Source: Octopus bimaculoides (taxonomy: Eukaryota). Taken from it: a DNA stretch of 46,226 nucleotides. The DNA lies in NCBI RefSeq assembly GCF_001194135.2, contig NC_068982.1, positions 58,598,056 through 58,644,281 on the forward strand, read 5' to 3'. Position 1 is the stretch's first letter. Every line of letters begins with the position of its first letter. Both the position numbers and the translations under genes were made by a program. Positions 24,971 to 36,168 of this stretch are shown here, piece by piece. Below the pieces are notes generated by a model. It saw only the letters and a program-made list of their open reading frames with translations. It ran no database searches and had not been told where the DNA came from.

Positions 24971-25153
24971 AGGAGCAGGAGTGGCTGTGTGGTAAGTAGC
25001 TTACTTAACAACCACATGGTTCCTGGTTCAGTCCCACTGCATGGCACCTTGAGCAAGTGTCTTCTACTATAGTCTCGGGCCGACCAAAGCCGTGTGAGTG
25101 GATTTGGTAGACAGAAACTGAAGGAAGCCCGTCGTATATATGTATATGTATGC

Positions 25154-25223
<70 letters not shown>

Positions 25224-25446
25224 ATGTGTGTGTGTATATATTTGTGTGTTTGTGTTTGTCCCCCTACCATCGCTTGACAACCGATGCTGGTGTGTTTACG
25301 TCCCCGTAACTTAGTGGTTCGGCAAAAAGAGACCGATAGAATAAGTACTAGGCTTACAAAGAATAAGTCCTGGGGTCGATTTGCTCGACTAAAGGCGGTG
25401 CTCCAGCATGGCCACAGTCAAATGACTGAAACAAGTAAAAGAGAGT
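24971..25446 (+). mobile_element. SINE family B (young, long central (TA)n)
   Basis: Near-consensus head, body and tail. Confidence 0.92.
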
Positions 25447-25451
25447 GCAAT

Positions 25452-25582
25452 CAGCACAAAGCTTGAAATTTGGGGAGGGGGCTCAACTGGTACTTATTTT
25501 ATTAATCTCAAAAGGATGAAAGGCAAAGTTGACCTCAACAGAATTTGTACTCTGAATTTAATGACAGGTGAAATGCTGCTAA
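25452..25582 (-). mobile_element. SINE family C fragment
   Basis: AAGGATGAAAGGCAAAGTTGACC module. Confidence 0.7.
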
Positions 25583-25789
25583 TAATAATGGAAAAAAAGG
25601 CATTGGAGGGGCAATGTATACCCTGTTATGCACACAAAGATAAATTAAAATTCAATCTAATAAATATATTCTCAAACAAATCCATAGTTCAACAAAATGA
25701 TATCAACAGTTATTTCTCCTGCTTATCAGTTATACAGATGTAACAGAAAAAAAAAAAAGAACATTTGGATTCACCCATCCACCAGTTTT

Positions 25790-25930
25790 GAAGATGATCA
25801 AACTAATTTAATGAGTTTGAGCCACTCACCCAACAAGTATTTCTGCCAAATTTGGTGAAAATCTGTTACAGTAATTTTGCAAACACACAGACAAAGACAA
25901 GTGACTACAATAACCCTGCTTCACTTACGC
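25790..25930 (+). mobile_element. Possible Helitron/Helentron-associated non-autonomous fragment
   Basis: CCAAATTTGGTGAAAATC...CAAACACACAGACAAAGACA resembles HINE/DINE-like repeats; recognised from memory only. Confidence 0.3.
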
Positions 25931-25933
25931 ACA

Positions 25934-26130
25934 AGTCCTGAAATTTGGTGGGAGGGGGACTAGCCAATTACGTCGACCCAGTGTGTAACTGGTACTTAAT
26001 TTATTGACTCTGAAGGGATGAAAGACAAAGTTGACCCTGGCGGCATTTGAACTGAGAACGTGAAGACAGACGAAATACCACTAACAATGTCACCCAGTGT
26101 GCTAACATCTCTGCCAGCTCATCGCCTTAA
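25934..26130 (-). mobile_element. SINE family C
   Basis: Head CTGCCAGCTCATCGCCTT (reverse complement), B-box, central module. Confidence 0.85.
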
Positions 26131-26151
26131 TGATAGTAATAATAATAATAA

Positions 26152-26722
26152 CCTAAATATAGATTCTGTGATAAATTTGATGAAATGCTAGAGCATCTCA
26201 TCTCAGGATGTGCTGTGCTGACACGAAACAAATACAAAAATTTACACGACAGGGTAGGACAGTATTTACACTGGAAAATATGTAAACACTACAAAATCAG
26301 CACTCCTGCTTACTGGTATGAACATCAACCTGAGCCAGTCGTCGAAGGTAAAAATATCACTATCCTCTGGGATTTTCCAGTCAACACTGACAAAATGATC
26401 CAGGCTAATTGATCAGACATAGTCATTAAAGACAGGGAAGAAAATTCTTATAGATTAATAGATGTAAGTGTTCCCATTGATAAAAATATATTTGTAAACA
26501 AATTTGACAAATTAAGTAAATATAAGAACCTGAAAATTGAAATACAAAAATGTGGCATCTTAAAGTGAGAACTGTTCCTGTTATTGTGGGTCCCCTAAGT
26601 ATGATAAGAAAGGGATGTGAGAAACATCTAGATAATATGCCAGGAGAACCACATCCAGAGAAATCCAAAAGATCATACTGACCAGTACTGCCCACATCCT
26701 TAGAAAAACCCTATCCATTTAA
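26152..26722 (+). mobile_element. 5'-truncated R4/Dong-like non-LTR retrotransposon (zinc knuckle and RLE)
   Basis: (Y)RFCDKFDEMLEHLISGC knuckle, HDRVGQYLHWKIC, WYEHQPEPV, ILWDFPV, AN*SDIVI (RPD decayed), LIDVSVP, KYKNLKIE, TAHILRKTLSI*. Confidence 0.9.
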
Positions 26723-26740
26723 ATGTCTGTGTTGTATCAC

Positions 26741-26830
26741 ATGAATTTGAATTCAAAACGTAAAGACAGACGAAATGCCGCTAAGCATTTCATCTGGAGT
26801 GCTAACACTTCTGCCAGCACACTGCCTTCA
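26741..26830 (-). mobile_element. SINE family C, 5' half
   Basis: GAATTTGAATTC...GCTAACACTTCTGCCAGC. Confidence 0.7.
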
Positions 26831-27312
26831 CCACCCTAATAATGAAAAGGTAAAATGAACTTCAAGACAATTTAATTTCTTAGCTTCCCAGTGGTATTGA
26901 CCCATATATGCCCATAAAAATTTCACTTGTATTTAGATTAAATGTTATGGTAAGCTTTCACAATCTGGAAAAGAAGGACAGTATGTAACTGTTAGCTACG
27001 TGTGTCGACTATCAACTGAACATTACGTATGCTCAGTCAGATGCTTCCTGGCGAATTCATATCCAAACAAGTAGAAGCAGGTTTTGCTTTGGGAAAACAA
27101 CCAGGGGTATATATGGATTAATACATTTTACTCAGTAATAAAAGAAATATTGGTCTGCTTTCTTGTTTCTTCCTCAGTTTGAAGACCAGACATGTTCCCA
27201 TGTGTTCTTTCTGCATCAACAGAGAACACATTCTACCACACAATGACAAGAGCTTCCTTTAACTTTATTTTGGCTCATTTAAGTCCACTCTAGCTTTTGT
27301 AAAACATAGATA

Positions 27313-28270
27313 TGGTAATGCCTTGATATACGAGTTAATTTGTTTCCAGAGACTGCTCGTAAAGCAAAAACTCGTAAAATAGAGCAATAATTTCCCATAG
27401 TAGCAATGTTATAAATTGTAATTCATTCCCAGAAAAATATTCTACCCGTAAAATTTATAATACTCATAAATAAATGGCAATGAAACAACAGTAGAATGTA
27501 AAGAATATTTTATGTAAAATAAAAAGAATGTCAAGATCATTTATAATGAAAAACATTATTATTATAATTGTTTTCTGAATCATTTTCACTTGCACTAGAC
27601 TTGTGCACACTATCACTTCTAGACCTGATCACCAATTCACAAGCTCTCGTAGATGGACTTGTAGATTTCTTTCTAAAAAAACGAGTCTAGAGTTATTTGC
27701 TTAGAAGAAGCTTTTCTTCGCTCTCTATAAATTTCTCAGTAACACATACAAGCATTTGTTATGGTAGGCGTAGGAATGGCTGTGTGGTAAGTAGCTTGCT
27801 TACCAACCACACCTTGGGCAAATGTCTTCTACTATAGCCTCGGGCCGACCAAAGCCTTGCGAGTGGATTTGGTAGACAGAAACTGAAAAGAAGCCCATCG
27901 TATATATGTATATGTATATATGTATGTGTGTGTATATGTTTGTGTGTCTGTGTTTGTCCCCCCAACATCACTCGACAACCAATGCTGGTTTGTTTATGTC
28001 CACATAACTTAGCAGTTTAGCAAAAGAGACCGATAGAATAAGTACTAGGCTTACAAAGAATAAGTTCTGGGGTTGATTTGCTCGACTAAAGGCAGTGCTC
28101 CAGCATGGCCACGGTTAAATGACTGAAACACGTAAAAGAGTAAAAGAGTGGTAGAAACTTTTGCACTTTGTTCAAAATTTGGATTTTGTGCTTCAACCTT
28201 TTTATATTGATATAAAACTCGTAAACGTAGGGTCTGGTAAAGTGGGTCCTTGTAAAGTGAGGTATTACTG
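27313..28270 (-). mobile_element. Internally deleted Tigger/pogo element retaining the transposase C-terminus
   Basis: TA-flanked imperfect TIRs TGGTAATGCCTTGATATACGAG / CAGTAATACCTCACTTTACAAG (14 of 22), subterminal CTCGTAAA repeats, peptide EAQNPNFEQSAKVS|TITNACMCY*EIYRERRKASSKQITLDSFF. Confidence 0.75.
27768..28148 (+). mobile_element. SINE family B inserted in the Tigger relic; ~30-bp deletion removes its B-box
   Basis: TSD TGGTAG at 27762-27767 and 28149-28154; ACCAACCAC joined directly to ACCTTGGG. Confidence 0.9.
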
Positions 28271-29084
28271 TATATCATCTTTCTTTCTTGCCATTCTTGG
28301 ATAAATTTCTCAAGTAAGATGTCATTTTGTGACATGCGGCAACTCTGCCTCCTTCTGTGGCAGGATTCAACCAATGTTCAAAAATCTGCTTTAGCCTGTA
28401 ATGCTAGCAAAGGAGTCACTGTTAGTAGTATTGCTTATATCACATATCAATTGCATTGTTTTACTTTTGGTGTCAATACTCTTGTTTATGTCATGCAAAT
28501 TTACATCTTTCAGGTGTCAAATCATGCCTGTGCCTGCAACTAGATCTGTTTTGCATTTTTCCTGTTTGTCCTTTCTTTAAATTTGTTTATGCATATTCAA
28601 AGATTGTTTGGGTTTAGTGTATGGTGGTGAGGGCGGTGGTGGCAGTAGCTGTGTGTCCATTGCTTCTTTCTTTCATGCTTGTGAAGCATAAAATAAAAAC
28701 TGCAATTATTTATGAACCAACCTAACACACACACACACACATACACACACACACACACACACAGTGAATGGCTTTACAACTTAAGAAAAAAGCACTCCAT
28801 ACAATTTTAGTAGGTTGAAGCACACATATATATTTATTTATTTATTTCAAATTTTATGTTTTTTTTTTTTTGCCATTTCATTAAAAATGAGTGAAATGGT
28901 TGCAAGTAATTCCTTTTAAAAAACATTCTTTTTTTCTGTTAGCTTAGAAATATTTTCTACATTACAGATTAAACAATTTGAAATTAATTTAAATATTTGA
29001 ATATTAACAGTTCATAAACAGTAAATTGCAAGACTAAATGCCTCACAGCGTTTTGTTATGTTATTATTGTCATCATTGTTTATT

Positions 29085-29275
29085 GTCAGGGTTTCCTTGA
29101 CGGAGCAGAACTATGATCAAAGATAGTCTAGCTTTGACCATTCTGTCATCTTTTTTTTACCACCAACATAGTTTATAGATAAAACAACATTATTCAACCT
29201 ATCTATTCTTTTAAATTTAGTACAACATGATTTGAGGAATATCTGGCTGCTATTTCTAACAAGCTGAGTAGATAT
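29085..29275 (+). repeat. Unclassified dispersed repeat (family F), copy 2
   Basis: Homologous to 20175-20300. Confidence 0.5.
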
Positions 29276-29756
29276 CTTCAGGATTCCTTGTTTGCTGATT
29301 TGAGCTACATTTTCTTGCATTGTGTATTCAAATTTCAGTTGTCTTATTGCTTAGACAGAGGTGGAAAGGTAGCACACATGATCCCTTCCTGGAGCCTTGT
29401 GGCTGTTAGAAAGAATAGAATAAAATAATCCTTAGTTTGGGGATCTGGTCTGAATGATTGCAACAAAGTGAACTCCACCAAAAGCAAGTAACGTTAAATT
29501 GAGTGTCAGATTAAATGAAAATTTACCCGTATTTCCTTCCTCTGAGACTGATGAAACAAATATCAAAGAACTGTACTAGGACTGAGTTATTTGTCTACAC
29601 AGCTATCTTCATAAATTTGTGGCCATAAGTTTATGTAAAAACAAACAGGCCAATATTGCTTTTTTTACCGAGTGAAATGGATTAATAATACAGATAAACT
29701 AAGCTATTAAATTGTCTTGAAGTTCATTTTAACTTTTCATTATTATAGTGAAGATA

Positions 29757-29962
29757 AAGGCAGTGAACCGACAGAATTGTTAGCCCACCGAGCAAAATGC
29801 ATAGTAGCATATTGTCTGTCTTTATGCTCAGAGCTCAAAAGCCACCAAGGTCAACTTTGCCTTTCATCAATAAAATAAGTACTTATTGAGCAGTGGGGTC
29901 GATGTAATCAATTTACTCCTTCCCCCAAAATTGTTGGCCTTGGGCCAAAGTCTGGAAATACA
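29757..29962 (+). mobile_element. SINE family C
   Basis: AAGGCAGTGAACCGACAGAATTGTTAGC head through CCCCAAAATTGTTGGCC tail. Confidence 0.8.
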
Positions 29963-30146
29963 GTTACAGTAGTGACTGGATATGTACCAGTCAAATCCAG
30001 TGACATTAAAGTATCAGTAGGCAATGCATGCATATCACATAGGAACATAGAAAAACAAAGCACTGCACATACCCAAAGCACACAGACTAGCACTTGGTTG
30101 TGTAGTGAAATCATGCAAATGAAAAAATTGTTTCTGAGGTGCATAG

Positions 30147-30346
30147 CCTGAAATTTGAAGGGAGGGAAGGTATTATTAATTAAATTTATTCAGTAATTGA
30201 CTGATACTTTGTTTTATCAACCTTACAAAAGGATGAAAGATAAAGTTGACTTTGGCAAGATTTGAACTCAGAATATAAAGAGATAGAAGGAATACTGTAA
30301 GCATTTTATCCAATGCCCTATTGATTCTGCCAATCTACTGCCCTTA
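30147..30346 (-). mobile_element. SINE family C (diverged)
   Basis: AAGGATGAAAGATAAAGTTGAC, TTTGAACTCAGAAT. Confidence 0.7.
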
Positions 30347-30364
30347 AAAATTGTTTCCAATATT

Positions 30365-31021
30365 AACACCAACACTCATCCTGGGTTAGGAAACCTTCAA
30401 GGAAACCAGCTAGATCTGCCTGAAACGATGTCAAATTTTCCCATAATGTGATTAACCTTGTGCCTTTTGATCAGGTATCAGAAGATGTGGCACCCACTAA
30501 GCAGGAACTGTCATGTCAACTTCATTGTGCAGAATATTCTCAGCTCTCTCATGAGATATGCTCACAGCATTGGCTATTTGATTTATAGCCAATTGCCTGT
30601 CATCCATCACTATGTGGTGAACATAATCTTTTGCCTTGGTAGTGGCGGTTTCAGGACATCCAGATGTTTGGTCATCTTCAAGTATGTTTGGTCATCTTCA
30701 AGTATAACCAGCCCTTCCCCTCCTAAATTCCACTGCCAAAGTTTTGTACTGTTGATAAAGCTGGGATGTAGCAACCATGTCAGTATGAATGTCCTTGGGG
30801 ACTAAATCATTTTCCTGCAGATACCTGATAACACCACAAAGCCAAATATTGTCCATTTTCAAGATAAGTCACTGTTAGTTACTTTTGAAGCCTTCCTTGA
30901 ACAATCAGATGTCAATTTACCAGGAAAGAAACAATACAGTTATATGAAAAGTTAAAATTAATGCATGCAAGATTTCACAGTTCATTCATAGTCAGCCTAT
31001 GAACTTTATAGCTCACCCTCT
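30365..31021 (-). pseudogene. Mariner element 5' half (TIR plus transposase N-terminus), 3'-truncated
   Basis: TA+AGAGGGTGAGCTATAAAGTTCATAGGCTGAC TIR-like end; peptide MDNI..GVIRYL...PKDIHTDMVAT...SGCPETATT...VHHIVMDDRQLAINQIANAVSIS...WVPHLL (mariner WVPRLL motif); 20-bp tandem duplication at 30664-30703. Confidence 0.85.
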
Positions 31022-32278
31022 TATGAAACAGGAGCTAAGCAAAAGCCTGCGAATAAGCATGAACATTAAGAACAAACTGATGAAAATGCTTTGTACAAGT
31101 GAAGTGTTAGAAAGAGAGAAAAAAAATGGATTAAATCTTGCTTTTATTGAGAAATGAATCTTTGATTAAACAAAATTGACAAGAATTGGGAACAAGAAAA
31201 AATTGGAAGTCATGGCTTGTATTCTACCGAAGTGATTTGTTGTACTGGTCATAAAAGTTTCACTAGACAAGACAATTATACTGTTTTTATAAATAACCAG
31301 TAAGAATATTCTTTGTTTAAACAGCTTAATTTGCTTGAATAGGCTTGTATACAAAAATGATATATAATCTAAGATGTACCTGAGAAATGTTCTGAATGAA
31401 GGATTTAACTAGTTCTCTCCACAACCTCTCCTATAAAAAAGAAGAAAGAAATAAAAGAAGAATACAAGTAATATAATCCTAAAAATAATAACCGTCACCG
31501 GTTCCAACTACACACAAAATGGGGGGGGGGTAGCATACTGGTACATAACACATCACTAAAACAGTGAAGGAACTTAACTTGCAAGAACTAAAACAAACAA
31601 GAACATCAGAAAACTAACAAGAATGCCGCTATCACACCACCACCACAACCACCAAAAACAACACACTACCACCATCACCAACAAAACAACTTCTACACAA
31701 CAACAAAAAATGACACAGAAAAACAGAACTAGAAGACACATAAAATTGTTGGATTATTTTTGATAATAACCGTATCAAACAAACTTGACTGGGAATCAGT
31801 AAAAGACAAGCAAAGAAATGAAGTGGCCGGCAAAACTATCTGCCATTTTACTGTTATTTCCAGTTCTTTATGGCCACACTTAAGTTAAATCAGCCAATTG
31901 TAAAGTCCAGAAATTCCTCGCAGCCAGTATAGATGGAAAATTCTTTTTTCATAAAGTTGACAACATCTCATAAATAATTTGGCTGACTTAGGCAGAATTT
32001 TGAATTTCCATCAATCATGGAATTTCGGAAGAAACATGTTTCTATCTTCAATACTCAAACATTTCTGTGAAGTACATATATATATGTGTGTGTGTGTGTA
32101 TATATCTTTGGCTGTAAATATTCTCCAATTCCTTCATATCTATGCCAGTATAGCAGTACAAAGTCACAACTCACTGCTTTAACCATTTTGCATTCATTTG
32201 TAAATGCGAAATACACTTGTTCACACAGATTTCATGCATACATATGTGTGTATATGCACAAGAGAGTGTGTTTGTGTA

Positions 32279-32331
<53 letters not shown>

Positions 32332-32574
32332 AAGAGAGAGTTTATGTTTAAGTAGTGGAGGTAAAATAAAAACAAGAACAACAATGAATATTTCTGGAAC
32401 TATTCTAAAGTGTAATTGAAACATTCAGCTATAAGTCTTCATCACCGTCATCATTATTGTCATCATCACCATTGCAATCATCGATTATCATCAACATTTT
32501 CATCATGAACCACATTGTAACCCTTCCTGCCAATGATGTTTTCGTCCTCCCACTACCACTATTTATAATCATTA

Positions 32575-33024
32575 GATGATCTACTGTGAGCAGCTTGAGT
32601 GGCTTAAGTCAGCGCTAGAAGAAAAACAATCATCTTTGGTGTCAAGCAAAAGGTGTTCTTTCGTCAGGATAATGCTCGGCTACATACAGCAAGGATGACA
32701 TTCCAAAGGCTGGAGCAGTTTGAATGGGAAACGATGTCCCACCCACCATATTTATTGGACATTGCCTCATCTGATTATCATTTATTCTGCAGTCGACAGA
32801 AAAAATAAGAATTCTGTAGATAAGGTCAGAACAGTACTGGAGGAGTATCTTTCATCACAGACAAGTGAACTTTGGAAGAAGGGCCTTGCAAGTCTACCAG
32901 ATAGATGGAAGAGCAGTGTAGAAAATGAAGGAGAGTGTATTTTAGATTGAAATAGAACTTTGTTTATCTTAATTTTGAAAAATAAAAGATGTATAGAAAG
33001 ACCGCATTATTTGTGGGATGACCC
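32575..33024 (+). pseudogene. Mariner element 3' half (catalytic C-terminus plus 3' TIR)
   Basis: YCEQLE...QDNARLHTA...HPPYLLDIASSDYHLF...LPDRWKSSVENEGECILD*; TIR-like ACCGCATTATTTGTGGGATGACCC. Confidence 0.85.
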
Positions 33025-33059
33025 AGCTGACCCAAAGAGATTGTGGCCCAATAGGTTTT

Positions 33060-33120
33060 GGGATCTGATGATGTGCCATAAAGTTAAACCCTTTATGGAT
33101 GGGAAACCTAAGGTAATCCC
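33060..33120 (+). ncRNA. Type I hammerhead ribozyme motif
   Basis: GGGAT-CTGATGA-TGTG-CCATAAAG(TTAAACC)CTTTATGG-ATGG-GAAA-CC(TAA)GG-TA-ATCCC: stem I 5 bp, stem II 8 bp, intact core, GUA cleavage triplet ending at 33115; the 4x4 junction at the base of stem II is poorly paired. Confidence 0.7.
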
Positions 33121-33136
33121 ATAAACTGGCCTTCCC

Positions 33137-33204
<68 letters not shown>

Positions 33205-33452
33205 CAAAACAGGAAATTGGAAATGTTTTGGTATTATTTATTCATTATTACACATGTTTCATTTGCTAATGGAATATGCAGATGTGCTTCAAGAGGAGAC
33301 AGCTAGGATTTACACTAGTTTTAATATTTTTCTTTTTTTTTGTTTTGGTGAGAAATTTTCCAAGAGTTCATTAACTGGTTCTTCAGTTAAGGTGAAGGCT
33401 TTTAATTTTAAGCACCACCACAAGCTTCTCTTGTTAATATCTAAGGCTGCTG

Positions 33453-33670
33453 AAAGGTAGCAAGCTGGCAGAATCGTTAGCACGCCAGGCAAAACACTTA
33501 GTAGTGTTTTGTCCATCTATATATTTTGAGTTCAAATTCTGTTGAGGTTGAGTTTGCCTTTCATTCTTATAGGATTGATAAAATAAGTACCAGTTGAACA
33601 CTGGGGTTGACATAATCAATTTACCCCTCTTTGGAACTGCTTGGCCTTGTGTCAAAATTTGAAGCCAATA
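33453..33670 (+). mobile_element. SINE family C
   Basis: AAGGTAGCAAGCTGGCAGAATCGTTAGCACGCC head, B-box, AAATTTGAAGCCAATAT tail. Confidence 0.88.
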
Positions 33671-33829
33671 TCTGAGACTGCTGTGTCTAGTGAGCCACAA
33701 AACACAAAATCATTCTCAACTCTGTCATTTTAAGAAGTGTGGTAAGTAATTTTAATTAAATTTCTAAATTTGAAGGTGTAATATATGCTAGTTTAATCTG
33801 CTTTCAACTATCTAAGTCCAGTATAATGT

Positions 33830-34490
33830 CACAGGAAAACATCATTTGTGGTTCTGTATATTAGTCTTAAGAAGTGGGTAATTCAGTGTGCTTCTATAGA
33901 TAAAAGCTAGCTGTTGGTGTGGACTAGAGTTGAAGATTGGCTAGTAATATGCTTTCATTTGTGTTATATAATCTGTAAGGTGATGTTATCCAAGCAGCCA
34001 TAGATGGCTATTTGTTGAATTTATGTAACTGGAAAATACTTATCTAATAATGATAGAAATGCTATTGCCATGTTAGTTTTTACACCATTGCTATTTGGAG
34101 TGTCGAAACATACAATATCCCTTTTCTATCTTGCGAAGGTTGCTCCTACTCAACTATTTTCCATCAAATCCCCACTTTTTTTTTTATAGATAATAGCTGC
34201 ACATCCAACATGTAGAATCTTTTTTTTTTTTAGGGATTCTTAGGTTAGATGTGATGGTGATTTTTCCAATTATGCTCTTTGAATATATCTGTTTAGTTTT
34301 TTCTAACTTATCCATGCTGTAACCCTTCATACAGTGGGAACTAGAGAGACCATCATCCCTATGTAATCCAGATAAGTAAGGCCTTGTATACTAATTAATA
34401 TAATGTAAGATAAAGAGGTCGACTAGTTTGAAGCTTGTTCTACACACTATGCTTATTCAAATTCCTCATTGGGATGTTAAATAATAGATA
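33830..34490 (-). pseudogene. Penelope-like element RT relic with internal deletion
   Basis: FNIPM...KLVDLFIL...GLHRDDGL (PLE GLYRDDGL, at 34346-34369)...KITITSNL, then KRDIVCFDTPNSNGVKTNMAIAFLSLLDKYFP (linker IIWFNPP...VKTNIG..FL.LIDKHFP). Confidence 0.75.
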
Positions 34491-34903
34491 GTACTGACCC
34501 TTACAACACAGTGGGAGTAGCAACAAAGCAGAACTAGTGTATTAACGACCACAATGATACTGATACCAATATTGTTGATTACAGTGCATTTTTTCCTTAA
34601 ATTTCAAGGGTTTCACAAGAAGAGTTTTGGATAAAGACCATCATTCTCCACTCACATGGTTTACCCAGATCAATGCAACTCTTCCTTGCTAGATGTCCAA
34701 ATTGAGTGATGCAACATGAACATGTGGCTTGAGTTTAAGTCACATTGGTCTTTTGCTACCTAAAATATCTCATCTGCACATACCATGACAACAGATGAAA
34801 GCAGTAGTTTGGTAACTGAACTGGTTGAACCGAGCCATTCATCTGGTCAGTGTCTAATAATATTTACTGTTAACTCAATAAATAGTAGTATATTATTGCA
34901 AAG

Positions 34904-35190
34904 TGGAGCTGCATGGTTCCACTTGATTAGGGTGCTGGACTCATGATTATAAGATTGTGGTTTTGATCCCTGGACTGGGTGATGTGTTGTGTTCTTGAGT
35001 ACATCATTTCATTGCATGTTGCTCCAGTTCACTCAGCCTTAAATGGATAATCCTAAATGGACTGGCATTCTGTTCAGTGGGAATGTTGGCTTGTCTACCT
35101 AACCAGTGGGGTGGCATCATTCGAAAGCGACAACAATGCGAGAAAGCACATTGTGATCAGTGGTGTATAACAACATTTGATAGTTAATAC
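34904..35190 (+). mobile_element. tRNA-headed SINE family E (E1 body)
   Basis: GCATGG...TTAGGGTGCTGGACTCATGA, GGTTTTGATCC B-box, GTGTTGTGTTCTTGAG core. Confidence 0.7.
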
Positions 35191-35223
35191 AGTGATATGT
35201 GTGTGTGTGTACATGCATATGTA

Positions 35224-35550
35224 TCTTTTACTTGCGTCTGTCATTAGACTTTTAGTCAAATGAATCAATCCCGGTATTTATTTTTTAAAGCCTGGTACTT
35301 ATTCTACTGGTTTCTTTTGCCGAACCACTAAGTTACGGGGACGTAAACACACCAACATCAGTTGGCAAGAGATGGTGAAGAGCAAACACAAAGACACACA
35401 CACACATGCACACAAATATACAACAAGCTTCTTTCAGTTACTGTCAACCAAATCCACTCAAGGATCTGGTCAGCCTGAAGTTCCAGTAGAAAACACTTGC
35501 CCAAGGTGCCATGCTGTGGGATTGAACCTGGAACCATGTCAGTGGGAAGT
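35224..35550 (-). mobile_element. SINE family B (diverged)
   Basis: Aligns to B body and tail. Confidence 0.8.
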
Positions 35551-35633
35551 AAAGTCTTTAAAATTTAAAGATGTATAGCAACATCTGATAGTCTGGTCAA
35601 TACAGTAATATGTGTGTACATGTATGTGTGAGT

Positions 35634-36018
35634 GGAGGTGTAATGGCCCAGTGGTTAGGGCAGCGGACTCGCGGTCATAGGATGGCGGTTTCGATTCCCA
35701 GACCGGGCGTTGTGAGTGTTTATTGAGCAAAAACACCTAAAAGCTCCACGAGGCTCTGGCAGGGGATGGTGGCGAACCCTGCTGTACCCTTTCACCACAA
35801 CTTTCTCTCACTCTTACTTCCTGTTTCTGTTGTGCCTGTAATTCAAAGGGTCAGCCGTGTCACACTGTGTCACGCTGAATATCCCCAAGAACTACATTAA
35901 GGGTACACGTGTCTGTGGAGTGCTCAGCCACTTAAACGTTAATTTCACGAGCAGGCTGTTCCGTTGATCGGATCAACTGGAACCCTCGACGTCGTAAGCG
36001 ACGGAGGGCCAACAACAA
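35634..36018 (+). mobile_element. tRNA-derived SINE family D, full length
   Basis: A-box TGGCCCAGTGG, B-box GGTTTCGATTCC, (CAA)n tail; homologous inverted copy at 45545-45867. Confidence 0.9.
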
Positions 36019-36029
36019 TGTATGTGTGT

Positions 36030-36168
36030 GTCTTTTACTTGTGTCTTTCATTAGACTGCAGTTATGCTGGGGCACTGCTTTGAAGACTTTTGGTCAAAAG
36101 AATTGATCCCAGTCCTTATTTTTTTTAAGCCTGACACTTATTCTATTGATTTCTTTTGTCGAACTGCA
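36030..36168 (-). mobile_element. SINE family B, 3' fragment
   Basis: TCTTTTACTTG...CTTATTCTATTG. Confidence 0.6.

Noticed and set aside
28051-28374. 107-aa ORF initially resembling a MADF domain
   Set aside because: It crosses a Tigger TIR and a SINE; its only homologous part is the Tigger C-terminus
29548-29580. CTGATGA followed by AAAGAACTGTA
   Set aside because: No GAAA and no stem II or stem I pairing
35634-35705. tRNA gene
   Set aside because: A and B boxes are present, but there is no closed acceptor stem or T-run terminator and it continues into a SINE body
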